DNA of 64,000 bases from Calcarisporiella thermophila CBS 279.70 (lineage: Eukaryota; Fungi; Calcarisporiellomycota): NCBI RefSeq assembly GCF_041956535.1, contig NW_027192204.1:272523-336522 (forward strand), given 5' to 3'. Of this stretch, positions 13,785-27,486 are shown piece after piece. Position 1 is the stretch's first letter. The number at the start of each line of letters is the position of its first letter. The notes under the pieces are model-generated. The model did no database searches. It worked only from the letters and a program-made list of their open reading frames with translations, and was not told the DNA's origin. The position numbers were made by a program, and so were the translations under genes.

Positions 13785-15036
13785 ATCTCCAACAGATAAA
13801 TTGATAAATAAAAAAAGCGTATCAATAAATTAATATCGTATATATAACACTTTCAGGTGTGCACAAGATATCAGCGAGATGCATCTAAACGCTGATCAAG
13901 ATCTGCTCATATAATGAACTCATTGATATAAAAATAATTAACGCATTGATAAAATTAATCATTTGCAAATTTTCAAAGTGGAGCCCAAAATTCAAGGGAG
14001 ATATCTTATATAACTCTTTAATTTCATCCAAGAGCACCAAATCATACTTGAATTTGAGACGTGGCCCGTGTGAAATTAACAAGGAACAAATCAATTCTTG
14101 ATGATATGAATCTCAAACCTAGCCGCTTCAAAAAGACTATTACAAAGCAAATTACCCATCCTTATTCGTATAGCGAAGTCTTGCAGGAGGTTGCTGCCTT
14201 TACGCAATATACTCTCATTTTTAGCAGACTAATTCACAGCCTCGGTTTTTTCCATTGACTCACCTTCAGTCTTTCGAGAACAACGATGTAATATCCATTA
14301 ATTAAACTCTGACTCTGTTCATGAACTGAAATATCCAAATTGTGAAATTCTAATTTTGTATAAGTCGAGCGATCGAAGCTCGGGAATAGGATATGTACTA
14401 ATTTAGCCCTGTGTTTGCTATCGGTTGAAAAGATTTCAGCTTGATATAGTTCAGCGTCACGAAGCTTGGTAGTCAGAATTTTATTAATTTAACCAAGGAT
14501 CTTTACTGAAAAGTATCCTACCCTGTTAAAAAAGGTAAGCTGGCTTCCACGTCAGAATCCCCCAGGCAGTGCTCCTTGCTTACCTTAAAGAGGGAGAAAG
14601 GAAGGAAGGGAGGAAGGTAGAAAAAGGAAAATAGGAGTTGTGCGCAAAAAGGGAAAAAAAATTAAAGGTATTTGGAGTAAGACAGGGCAGATGAAACTGC
14701 TTTGTAAGTATAGCATTAAATATGTTATTTGTCCCGTTACCACGACTTGCTTAATAAAACAAAGCTATGGCTCTCCTTAAAAAAGCATCTAAGCAATCTC
14801 CAATTGCACTGTGCCAGGAATAAAGTGCACCATATGTGCTGCTCAAGCACTGCTTGATTGAACCATAGTCCATGAGATTTCCTTTTCTTAGCACAATTCC
14901 ATTCCTTTTCCATTTTTAGGCCAATCAAATGGCTAGAGAAAGGGCCGAATCTTGTACGATTCCGTTTAGGTATCTTGTGCGTTCTGATACCTGTTGGTCC
15001 AGGTATCAACATCATCCTCTTCAAAGAGTGCCAAAA

Positions 15037-17095
15037 ATGCCGTGCCATACCTGTATCATCCTAGCAAATGGCGACATTCCGCGTATTGAAACAGAAATTA
15101 AAGCAAGTTTTGGACTTTATTTCTTTATGAGATGTCTATGCTGAATATAATGTCCATTCAGAGTAAATACAGCAAAGATTTGCTCAACCTTCGAGGAGTG
15201 CCGAAATCTCTCCTTCCTATTTCCGGACGGCCAGCACTGTCCTGGTTCGCTTCTACTGCCAAAAAGTTATTTGGAAATGAAATTTATGTAGTAGCAAATG
15301 CTCACACGTAAATATGATTGTATACAAAAAAGAAGCTTTCCGACTCGTAATGTTCTGAGATGAATTGTAGATTCCAGCACTACCAGAGATGGGCAATGTC
15401 GAATGGAATCAACCGAAGGAATGTGATCAATAACGGTGCTACATTAATTGGTGACCCGTAGGTGTTATTATAATTCAAAAAATATTCATTGCTCATTGAT
15501 TTTCTTGTATTACCAGTTCGCAATCAGCTACCCACCTAGAGGACATCCTTCTGGTGAAACGAGTTAAAAATATCAGAGGTCCCGTATTTATTGTTATAGC
15601 CGACATCCTTCTCGATCCTAATATTGAGCATTATTGGCTAAGTGAGGCAGTTGTCGAGGATAGAGATCGTATCATTTGTTATGCAAAGGATACCACACAG
15701 AATGCAGACATTATACCCTACGCATCACAATCCTACAAGGATACCCCGGAAGACCTGCCCATTGCTTTTGTCCTTACTCAGGCAAGTTCGGAGAAAATTG
15801 CGGATTATATAGAGTCACAGTATCAGCGTGGGGACGAGGGATGTGAAGAAGTATTAACTATCCCACATCAACGGGCTATAGTCAAATTCTTCCAACAAGA
15901 ATCACCTACTGTGGTCTATACAACAATGGATGAGCGATTGACCACTTGGTCTCACCCAGATATAGGATTGGATGATTATCAAATACACTGGCGAACTGCT
16001 CTGCAAACTCCACAATCAGCTAGTGACGACAATCATTCAAGCTCTCCAATAATTACACGTTCGAATGCTAGAATTGGTTTGCTCGGCAATCCTTCCGATG
16101 GATTCTATGGCAAAACTATATCTGTTCTCATTTCCAACTTTTGGACCGAAGTAACTCTCATACCCCGTGAGGATGAGCAGATCAAAATCGTACCTAACCC
16201 GCTCTCGGACCCCCATCATTTTCCATCTCTAGAGGCATTATCAATAATTTCTCAGGCAGATGGATATGAGACTGGCGATCGTTTATTACAAGCAACGTGC
16301 AAGGTTTTTTATGAATATTGCCTACAGAAAGAAATCACACTTCATAAAAGGGGATTTTCAGTGTTATTTGAGACAAATATCCCAAGACAAGTCGGGCTTG
16401 CTGGTTCTTCAGCCATTATTACTGCTTTTTGGAAAGCACTAATGGCTTATTATGGTGTTGAACGCAAAAGTATCCCTATCGAAATCCAGCCATCTCTTAT
16501 ATTGAGCGTAGAGCAAAATGAGCTAGGCATTGCGGCTGGCTTGCAGGATCGAGTTATCCAAACTTATGGTGGAGCTGTATTTATGGATTTCGATAAAGAG
16601 ATGCTGGAGCGCATAGGACACGGTCGCTATGAGAAGATTAATATTGCAGAATTACCCGAGCTATGGATGGCTTATGTAGCTGACCCATCGGACTCAGGAA
16701 AAATTCATAATAATGTTAAGGCTCGATGGATGCGTGGCGATAAGGACGTTCGTGAAGCGATGACCCAGTTTGCGTCATTTGCGGAAAAAGGACTCGAGGT
16801 ATTGCACAATGGAGACAAGTCAGCACTTGCAAGACTCATGCGTGAAAATTTTGCGCTAAGACGAAAGATATATGGCGATGAAGCACTTGGGAAAGCCAAT
16901 TTACGAATGATCGAAATTTTTGAGAAATATGGGTGCGCGGCTAAATTTACTGGAAGTGGCGGAGCAGTGGTCGCGTTTTGGGAAGTGAATGGCGAAGGAA
17001 AAGAAGAGCAGGAGCGGGAGCGCGTAAAGAAATCATTAAAGCGCGATCTGAGTGATGAAGGGTTTGTGTTTGTTGTGGTGCAGTATATGGAATAG
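15037..17095 (+). CDS. Glucuronokinase (GHMP kinase) with N-terminal nucleotidyltransferase-like domain
   Basis: Kinase motifs ARIGLLGNPSDGFYGKTIS, TNIPRQVGLAGSSAI, GIAAGLQDRVIQTYGG, AKFTGSGGAVV. N-terminal exons give CIILANGDIPRI...GVPKSLLPISGRPALSW, resembling NTP-transferase motifs. Confidence 0.85.
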
Positions 17096-17363
17096 AGGTA
17101 GAATTCAGACCAGACTCTATAATAATATTTATTCAACAATTTTGAAATAAACGAAAAAGTTATTTTACCACAATTATTGGTAATATATATATAAAATAAA
17201 AAGTGTATCTAAGAATAAGGCTCAGTTAACATCCAAAGAGTAAGAGTATAATGGTGAATGTGTAGTGGCAGTTGGAGGAAGAAATCTACAATATTTTGAC
17301 AATAAACGAAAAAAGTTGAGACCACTTGTGAAGATTGAGCCCATTGAGAAAAAAGCTTTAGAG

Positions 17364-17899
17364 CTACGATGACCCCCCCGAATTAGTATTTGCTTGGGTC
17401 TGCTGTTCTTTCTTTTGGAGTTCTTTCAATTCCATTTCGTAGCGCTCTTTTGCTCTGACCACCTTTGATTGTAAATAGAATGATCCTCCTGATGATGAAT
17501 CATTGACTTTGAAGAGATGATCGTATTTCTTTGTAATCTCCTCTAGTGTGGAATTGCGGTTTACATTTAGGATCTGGCATGCCTCTTCGAAGGACATGCC
17601 AGTCTTTCGCGTAAGTGCATCCGCCGAAGTTTTTCCAGCTGCAGCTCCGGCCGCACCACCTCGGGCCGCATCTATAATCAATAGAGAGAGGAATTAATCT
17701 AAATTGCCGATCCGAAATTAGAAGAACGGAGACGATATATACTTGCTGCTGCTTGTTTATATGCCTCGATAAATGCACGGCCCACTACCTGAGTACCCAT
17801 TACGATAATCTGTGCAAGTAATCTAGCAGCCTATTTATATATCAGTGAATTTTTTATTCTAATACAAAATGGCACTCAGCAATAGCAATGACTAACCAT
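17364..17899 (-). CDS. PAM16: Mitochondrial import motor J-like subunit Pam16/Tim16
   Basis: ATG-only first exon, then [28 protein letters not shown]; [12 protein letters not shown]...[16 protein letters not shown]. Confidence 0.95.
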
Positions 17900-18482
17900 G
17901 ATTAGTCTTGTATAAGTTTTTTTTCTCTCTATTATTTTAAATATTCAAAATAAAATGGAAGGCAAACTGCTAAATTGTAACTTTTTGCGATCAATACAAT
18001 ATTGGAAGAGGATATGAGAATCTTAAAATCCTATTGTGACTGCTACAAACAATGTGACGATACTCATAAATGCAGGTTTTGACATGCCAAGTATTGAAAG
18101 ATAAAGTCAAGATTAACCTTTTTTTAAAAATTTGTAAAGATTGTAAGGAGATGGAAATAAAAGAAGGGCATAGCAATAGACGAAGAAAAATTACTGGGGG
18201 GAAATATAAAAGATAAAGGGCGGGTGTATAATATTAAGAAAAAATGCACAGAGGACAAAAATACGTGAGCAGTATTCAGTTTTAGAAAGAGAGAAATAAA
18301 TGAAAGATTATATAAAAAAAAATTGCATAAAAATAGTAGGAAAAAAATTCATTAATAGGTAGTGAAAATCACAATGTATAAAAATAAGAAAATTATTTTG
18401 TTCATTTAGGGTTAGTGCTAATAGGATGGAGCATGAGGTAGAGATGGGAGTAAGGGTGAGAAAGGTAGAGAGGTACTATGAG

Positions 18483-20271
18483 TTAAGCCTTTTTATCCCC
18501 TCCGTTATCGGCTCTAATCGCCAATTTTTGTTGCGCAAGCGCAGAAAGGTCTATCTCCTCTCTAGATGATGTCTCTGCTAACTCAAGCGAATCTTCATAT
18601 TCTTCAATAGATGTAGCGGAATGCGCAGCTCCTTGCACTTGCACTGAAGGTGGATATTCATAATATCCAATTGCAGGTGAAATAACACCACCTGATGTTC
18701 CGATCCCAAGTACTGTTTCAGGTGTGAGCGGTTCGGGGATAACCCGCCCATATCCTTGCGTTGCTTTCCACATTCGACGCTTAACAACTTGATCCTTTAG
18801 CTTCTTCTGTGCTGCAGAGTCAGCAAAGCGTGCTTGAAGTGGAGCTGAAGCACCTGATAATGTGACCCCGCTGTATTTTTGAATAATGGCATCCGCTGAC
18901 TGACGATCGACCATTCTAACAAAAAATAAGTGTAAGGATAATGGTCGGAATAAAAATGTTATTACGTAGCCACTTTACCTTGCAAAGCCAACTCCACGAC
19001 TAACATTTGTCACCGGGTCGCGCATAATTTTGATTGAAGTTGTCTTGTACGGGTGGAGCAGCTCCTCAAGTTTCTAATTAAGAAAATAAAAATATGTCAT
19101 CTACGTCTCGGAGTTGCACATAAGGGTACCTACAGATTCATCCATATCAAGTGGCAAATTAGATAAATAAATATTAGTAGTGGAATGGTCTTGGAGACTC
19201 TTCAACCGCATGCTGAATGAATCCTATTCAGTAGAACCAATGTTATTGGCCCCAGCCACACTTGAGGATATACATAAAATATATAAAATAATTACTCTTG
19301 CAAAGGACACTTGGAAACCCATTTGTGACAGCGCTTCTATTGCACGATCTGCTTCTTCCTTTGTCTCATACATCACAAATCCGTATCCTTTACATACACC
19401 AGTTTGTTGATCAATCATCGCTTTAGAAGATGTGATATTTCCATAGCTTTCAAATTATGAACCCAATAATGGTGTGAGATTAATATTTGAATACCATCAA
19501 AAACAAGACTTACACTGCACACATTGTTTGCAGAGAATCATCGCTGGTGGTAGGTGGCAATCCCCGAATATAAATATTAGTCATGTGAGCCTGTGACTGT
19601 GTCATAATTGGCTGTAACTGTTGTGGCCTTTGGTGAACATGTGTTCCTTGATGAGGAAATTGGATAGTATGACGTCTATTTCCCGGAACTGTCCATATTA
19701 TGTGATGCAACGGGGGCGAAAGTGGGGGGGAACCTGGATGCGCGAGATAGCGAGCCTGCTGAGGGGGTGAGGAAGGGGCAGACGCAATATGCGCGAAAGT
19801 AGCGAGAGAGGGTGAAGCAGGGACATTTGGGTTGTAGGCACCGGGATGATAGTAGGGCTGCAGAGAAGGAGAGTGAACAGCTGGTCCTGTGGGGGGGGTA
19901 TGAGGTGCGGACTGTGGGTAATATGATGTGGGATTTCCAGGCGAATAATAAACCGGCTGTGGAATAAAGTTAGGAGATTGCGGCGGCAGAGGTGGGCTCA
20001 TTGAACTATAAGCAACGCCAGGGGCTGCCGCAGCCGTGGGGTAATAAGAGACATGGTGAAATTGTGGTGGGTAGATACTATAGTTATAGGCGATGTGATA
20101 AGTTGAAGGATCATTAGGATCATATCCTGCAGATAGCGCAGCTTGGTAGGCATCATTCCCCGACAACATCTCAGAGACTTGTCTAGCATTCTTATTCTCC
20201 TCCAAAATATCTGTGGCGCCAATTGGATGTTCCGTGATAGTATTCTGTTGATCGGTCGCCAATCGTTCCAT
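18483..20271 (-). CDS. Two-RRM RNA-binding protein (RBMS/MSSP/Spo5-like) with Pro/Tyr-rich N-terminus
   Basis: RRM1 TNIYIRGLPP...CKGYGFVMYE; RRM2 TNIYLSNLP...SRGVGFARM...PLQARFADS. Confidence 0.85.
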
Positions 20272-21194
20272 AAGAATAATCTATTCAATAATTTTAAAAA
20301 TGCTATTGAGATGACCGCCACAATACAAGGGTTATATAATGGATAATTGCTTCAAAGTCTGGGAAAAAGCTTTAAGACTGAAACTTACCTGGTTCTTAAG
20401 GTTGGGGACTCAATCTAAGTAGTTGAGAAGACGCGTATCAATTCAAGTCGAAGAAGGCTGTTGCAAAAGGGATTACTTATTGCAAGATTTTTGAAAAGTT
20501 CGGTAATTTTGTATCACTTACTGAAGCTCTTAGCTCTAAGTACTTCTCCGAGTAAAACGGTAGGGGGAGGGAGAAAATATAAAGAGATTGTCCCCGAGGA
20601 ATCTTTGGGGAAAAAGAAAAAGAAAGTGTGATGATGAACGGAAAAAAAAAGGAAGGAAAAAATGGGAAGAGTAAGAGGAAAGATTGAGATTGACGATGTG
20701 TAACACTATTCCGTGATCGAGCTAGTCAATAAAGAAACCTGCTATTTACCTAGATACTGTAATCAGTATATATAAAATAATTGAATCTGAACTCGTGGCA
20801 TTCACTTACTTAAGCAGCAGGCGGCTTTTAACTCCATTAAACATTCAGTAGAAGAATGAAATGAAAAATTCACTCCATCACACATCCGCTCTACCATATT
20901 ACATACATTCTATACACTTTAGCTAATTAGTCATTGGTTGCACTTCCTTACACGTAGATATCCATGCACGAATCTTAACACATTTTGGTTACTCTATTAT
21001 GTCGTTTTAGATAACAATCATATTGTTTACATTTTTGTTTAATCATTTTTTTTCTTTATATTCCTGCCTATACCTTTTTCCTGTTAACATTTAATTACCC
21101 AATTCGATCTATAATTTTTAACTTTGTGACTGCCCTTGTGATTTTATATTGCCACACTTTTCATCTTTAGGAGCAGTGAGATGAAATAGAACAA

Positions 21195-22543
21195 ATGGTA
21201 TCTCCAAATTCCAACGAGAAGCTCCGTCCACGATCATCTGGATCGATTCAACGACTATCACTTGGCGATACCTTGCGCCTTTCAATCTCCCATTTTGGGG
21301 CTGGCCTTAAAGATGCGTTTGCATTCCCAGCAAGCCTATTAGTAGTTTATGGGTAAGTTTCCCATGGAGTCATCCATAAATTATATCATAAACTAGGCTA
21401 CTCTCTTACTTACTTTTATTTTAAATTATAAACTTTTTTCTCTCTTATATTTTTAGCTCAAAAACCATTCAGACTGCATTTTTTAAATGCGTTGTCCTCA
21501 ACGGTATACTTTTCCTTGGAAGTATGGTGCTTTTCAACGCGCTATTAGATCCAGCCACAGACATATTGGCGAATTTTATGAAACGTCAAGATGGTACTCT
21601 CCCAGAGTCCATACGGAATGGAATGACTATTGTCTACCATGTAATCTTTTACTCTGTTTTATTTATTTAGTACATAATTTTTCTAATTATTTGATTTTAG
21701 GTGTTTTGGCTCTATCCTCTATATCTGACGAGTTTAATGGTAAATTCGATATGGTACCAACAGATATCCAACCGTGCGTATCGTATGATCACCGGTAAGG
21801 CACCTATAACTCAACAAGACAGGTAGAAATATTTAATATTTTGAAGAGAATACATCTTGTTAATAATGTTTGCTACGTGTGATAGAATGACAAAAAACGT
21901 CGCCACAAACATATATCGTGGCCTCATCTACATATTTTATCTCTCTTTCGCCACGATAATATTTTCCGCACCTATTGTGGGTCCATTAGTGTCATTTTTA
22001 CTATTTTGCTGGTTTTGCGCTTTTTACAGCTTCGAGTATGCTCCCCATCTTTAATGATTTTAAAGTTATCAACGGAATTTATTCTAAAATTATCTAGGTT
22101 CCGATGGGTAAACCAGGGCTGGAACATTGATCAATGTATGGATTATTTTGAAGAGCACTGGGCCTATATGGCAGGTTTCGGTAAAATCGTTACTTCTATT
22201 TCAATTCAACATCTATGATAATAATATTGTTATTCAGGCTTCCCACCCACTTTAGTTTCTTTCTTTTTTTCGCAGCTTGTGAATGCTGGCATATTTGCCT
22301 TGGTTTTTCCTCTGGTATTAGTTGAATCATATTTACAGTTTGTTTCCAATATTGATCTTATTCAAACCTATTTAGTATGTGATCATGGCTACCCGAGCTA
22401 CTGCCCTTCCGCGTCATTCTCAGCAGATTCGAAATTCCATTTGGATTCCGCACCGACTTTCAATATTCTACCTTTCAAAGAAGTCTACCAGAATTACTAT
22501 ACAAACAGTAAAATATATGCTTGGGTCGCGTCCTGCTTCATAG
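21195..22543 (+). CDS. EI24: EI24 (etoposide-induced 2.4) family multipass membrane protein, multi-exon
   Basis: Spliced translation includes FKCVVLNGILFLGSMVLF, VLWLYPLY, CWFCAFYSFEFRWVNQGW, YFEEHWAYMAGFG, NAGIFALVFPL. Confidence 0.8.
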
Positions 22544-22816
22544 CTTTTATTTTCTTTTTCAATGAGCGCCTATGAAGGAAGAAAGTATTTCAAATCCACA
22601 TTGCAAAGAATAAGGCGATATGCAGGAGGTTGAGAAGAGTACCGGTTTCATTGATTTCATTGATTAATATTTTTGATATTACGATTTCTTGATATTTGCA
22701 ACATGCAACCATGAAGAACTTTTTTTTTCTAAACATCTTGATAAATTTCTTGTCCATTACCCCATAACTTAATAAATTAAATGCTTATTATTTGCTCTAC
22801 GGAAAAGTTTATTTTG

Positions 22817-25464
22817 TCAGTCCACTGAAAGTAATTCTTCGACCTCTTCAACTCGGCGCAAAACGATCCCGGAAATTTCGTATTCATTCAAGGGATTTTC
22901 TATGGCTTCACAAATGCGTCGGTAAGTTTCAAGGAACATGCGAATAGCATGTTGAGTAGTTTTGCGAGCAAGACGCGCATGAGCCAAACACGAAAGGCGG
23001 AAGCTAAGGTCTACACTTGCCGTGCAAAGAAAAGCATCGAGCTGGGAGAGGATGGAGGCGAGGGAGGATGAGTCTAGACCGGGAAGTTGGGAAAGAGGAG
23101 TCTAGAAAAGCAAAAAATGAGATCGGAGCATTCTATTGAAACATTCAACATATTCAACATACGTCCGCATTTTTTGTATCTAGAGCCTCAACCATGGGTG
23201 AGAGTCCGGATTGCTTTAATAATGACGCGTGCTATATTAAGGGAAGTGTAAACATGTCAAATATTTTAGGTGATAAATATATTGTCATTCACGGATTCTC
23301 TACCAGTTCATTAACCAAGAGCTCAATGTGACCATCTATTTGCGATTCAATGAATGCCGACCGTGAATTTGTAAATGGGTATAGAGTCAATACAGACTGC
23401 ACACTTTGCAAACAATTCACAATGTAGATAGCATGATCAAAGCTTGACAGACTTCCAGAGCCCATCTCGCACATCTGCAGTAGTGGATCTAGGATGCTGT
23501 CAAGCGAGGTACTAAATTCAGCGTCATCACTCTGAGCATCAATCATCGAAGAATTATGGGAGGCCATGATCTCCTTGAGTTGTAGAATAGTTTCCTTAAC
23601 AGCCGGGGGTGGAGAAAGGTTAGGTCCGGGTGCCTTTAGTAAAATTAATAGTTAGATTATGAATTATGAATTATTAAAAAAATAAAAAATAAAAACCTCG
23701 ACATTTCGAAGCATATGCGTGGCACGTGCGTTCAAAGTATTGGTGAAAACGCGGAAAGAATCCCGTGTGATCCTAGTGTACAGAAAAAGTAATAAGAAAG
23801 CATTGTTATGGCTCTTCATTTATTAAAATTAATATATACTCTTCTAATGTCTCCGAGAGCTGTGCCTCTGTTCCAAAAACGTTTCTAACGGTAATGGTAT
23901 AAAACTGGATAAGTTTTGAAATACGGTAGGCGGTGATTGCGCCCAACTCAGAAAGTAAGACTTGCTCGACCCGGTTCTATGTAAAAGTCACATGCGTTTG
24001 AGAAGAGTGCCAGATACAACTATATTTTCTTTTTATATACTTTTAGGGGGCGGCACGATGCCTCCATGATCTTGTCAAGTAGCTCGGGAATCAGATGCTC
24101 AGGATCTGCGACTGTTACAGGCGAACCATGATCAGTTATTTCCTTAGTTTCACTAAGCGTTTCTTGCAATTTTCTTGAGGATTCTGATTGGAAATATCCA
24201 GTTAAGCTTAGTGCTCAATACATAACCTGAAAATGTATTTTACTCTTTGTAGAAACTCCAAACAATCCTTCCAATACTTCTCGTTCCCCTACCAAAGACT
24301 GGTGTATCCATGCCAACATGTCGCCGATATAACGCAGAGGATCATGGGCGTGCAATTCAATTGGTCGCGGCATTCCTCCTGGTCCACCACGAGTCAGCGC
24401 ATCAATAAACGCACGGAGGATTGCATTTTTACGAATTTGAACCAGCTCGTCGAGACATGATCTATAATTGTATGAATATTTTCAATAGGGTCTAATGCGA
24501 ATTTACTTTTAAAATATAGGCGGCGTACTGGAATAAAACGGGGCGCTGTTTAAGTGCTTGCATTGCACTCCGGAGAGCAGCACTTGCCTCAAGAAAATCC
24601 CGATTCAACGAACGGCATTCTTGCTGTGTCCACCGGTAGAGTTTATCATAGGCATTTTCTTGGTATATTGACATAGATTCCATAATTTCAATGCTTTAAG
24701 TCCAATATATAAATAAGTTTATGCTATATAGGATATATGTTTAATTCCATACCCAGCCCGCTGGTTCTCTGTGATAAGCAAAGCCTGACAATCGTTGTTG
24801 ATCTGCTCCAAATGTTGCAGAGCACCGAAAAAACGAGAATCAACGACAGAGCCCGAGGATAGTATTGCAATTTCATCTTCTGAAAGGGTAAAATGAGAAA
24901 GGAAGGTATCTATTATCCTGCGGCGCGTGTCACAAGACTTTCTAATATTGTAAGCGTCGTAAGTTATTAACTGAATTAAATGTAAAAGCGAAGAAAAAGC
25001 AACCTTTCTTTTTTCAATTTATCTGTTTTCTCAAGCATACTTGACGTTTTTATACTAGCTTCGTTAAGTCTACGTTCCATTTCTGAACAACATTCCGCCA
25101 TTTCCGTCACTTCTGCCTCTAAAGAAGATAGTTGCTAAAAATAAAATACAGGAGTGTTAGGAATGGTTACTCTAAAAAGAAAGGCAAACATCCGGACCTT
25201 TATGACCAATTCAAACATTCCTAAAAAATCTCTGTTCACTTCCGTTACTCTTCGTTCGATTTGTCCGCGTAGATTCTGTCGCGTCGCCAAATCTTGCGGA
25301 CAAATCTCGGCGAGAGCCTCTAGAGCGGAGTTGATATGCTCATCGTCAAAAGATGAGGAAAGAATTTTATTTAGTTTGATAGAGAGTGGTTTACTACTAC
25401 CACCGCTACCCCCCGATCCGAGGGGAATTGAAGATGGAACTATAGTTTGAACGTCATCTTCCAT
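22817..25464 (-). CDS. COG6: Conserved oligomeric Golgi complex subunit 6, multi-exon
   Basis: [10 protein letters not shown]...[11 protein letters not shown]; [10 protein letters not shown]; [37 protein letters not shown]; ends EVEELLSVD*. Confidence 0.95.
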
Positions 25465-25600
25465 CGTTTTTAATTTGTACAGAATAGAGTCGTCTAAAAG
25501 ACCTATTTTAACACGTTGAGCTGCGGAATAATTGCAAGTCACTTCATTATGCTTTGTTAGAAATTGCTTTCTCTTAAAATAAAATTTCTGAAAAATTGAA

Positions 25601-25979
25601 ATGGAGCAACAACGACAACAGCAATCAAGGACGCCAACAGATTTTCTTAATCTTGTCATCGGACGTCCCGTCCTTGTTAAATTGAACTCTGGAATTAACT
25701 ATCGAGGTAAGTTTTATTACAAATCCAAGTAATATTTAAATTTCTTTACACTGTTTATACGATGTTTAATAGGCATTTTATCCTGTTTGGATGGATACAT
25801 GAACATTGCGCTTGAACAAACCGAAGAATATGTTGATGGGCAACTGAAGAATAAGTACGGGGATTCTTTCATTCGCGGAAATAATGGTAAATTATCAATA
25901 GTTGCAGATTTTAATGATAGGACTAAATTTTTTATTTCTCAACTCAATAGTGTTGTATATAAGTCCTGATACTCGATAA
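25601..25979 (+). CDS. LSM6: U6 snRNA-associated Sm-like protein Lsm6
   Basis: TPTDFLNLVIGRPVLVKLNSGINYRG|ILSCLDGYMNIALEQTEEYVDGQLKNKYGDSFIRGNN|VLYIS; 3 exons. Confidence 0.95.
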
Positions 25980-26146
25980 GACATGTTGATTTGTTATCCA
26001 TAAATGGTTTTTAATGAATAATCACATTGTTTTCTATTGCTCCTCAAAATAAGTGTTACATTGAGATAATGTTTATTCATTGAAAATATAGTACTATTTA
26101 CAGTATTAAATGAAAAACAGCAAAAACAACAAAAAACTAGTATTGC

Positions 26147-27218
26147 TCAAGATGCTTGTCGCTTGCACTCAATACTACAGAACCACTTGCCCTTGGGCGG
26201 CTCTGTTAGGCCAACACAGCCATAGTGAAACCATTCACGTTCGCACTAGAGAATAGAAAATAGAAAAAATTTAATTATACAAAGTTGAAGAGGAATAAAG
26301 TATAATCCAATAGAAATTTCAATTACTTGATCATTATCACAAGCAACCATGTCGCCAAATGACACTTGATTACAGTAACAATAGAGTGGTTCATTTGGAT
26401 CAATATCCATTTCAGACATAGACACTACCCCACCTCCTCCACCTCTCTTACGAGGTGAGTTGACAACCGATGGACTTCCTCCTCGTTTATCTATTCAAAG
26501 AAAAATATACAGATGAACGAAAAAAAAATAGGTTAATATCACAATGAATTAACGAATGCATACTAATTCGTGTAGATGAAGTAGCAGGCGTGGCCGCTAT
26601 TTCAGTAAGCGAAAATATTGAGGAATGAAAATTAAAAAGAAATAGCATGATTTTATACCTCTAGCCTCTTTTGGATCATAATCAAGACTATAGCCATGTT
26701 TTGTTATCTGCTCATCGATACGTTCAATATGTCGAGAGACCTAATTTCAAAAGTTTAAAATTACAGGTAAAATACATTGATAAAATCAGAAATACTTACA
26801 ATATCATACACCTTATTTGCTAGCTCTATTTTTTGATCTTGCTTTCGCATTGCTTCTCGATATTCTTTCTGCAAATTCACAAAATGAGTAGAAGTAATCT
26901 TTAAAAAGAATATTCAGATATTCACCTCAAGATCTAATTGTGTGGCAATCTGTTGTTGTGAGTCAACATCCCCGATTTTTTTTACCTGCTTGTAGTAGTC
27001 TTTACAGAGCTGTTTATATCTATCATGGATATCTGTAATTATAGTACCAGTAACATTAGATACACAAGATCTCAAGAGCTAGAATTGATCATCTCACCAT
27101 GAAACTCTTGATCCATATGACGCAATTCCAGCATGTTTTGCTGAATCTCATCGGGTAAATTTTCCATAGATTCGAGCCATTCTTCAAAAAGCTCTCCGAT
27201 TGTCACTGCGGCCGTCAT
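26147..27218 (-). CDS. ING-family PHD finger protein (Yng2/ING4-5-like)
   Basis: N-terminal ING domain [25 protein letters not shown]; [51 protein letters not shown]. Confidence 0.92.
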
Positions 27219-27486
27219 TTTTCTTTTGAATCGATTAACTGGAGAAATCAAAAATACTAATGATTTACAATATAATGAAATGAGAGATTTCTGTATTCTG
27301 AAATGTATCTGATGGATATACAATGCCGCAGCTTTAATCTTTTTTTCGTGTTTCCATTTTTATTTTCCGTTTTATTTTTTTTAGTCTTCGAACGCGTCGA
27401 GAAGGTCTGCATCTTTCAAAATAATCAGGACAAAATTTCTCTCGCCTTGTTTTTACGCCCGTTGCCCTCGTTATAAATTCTCACTT

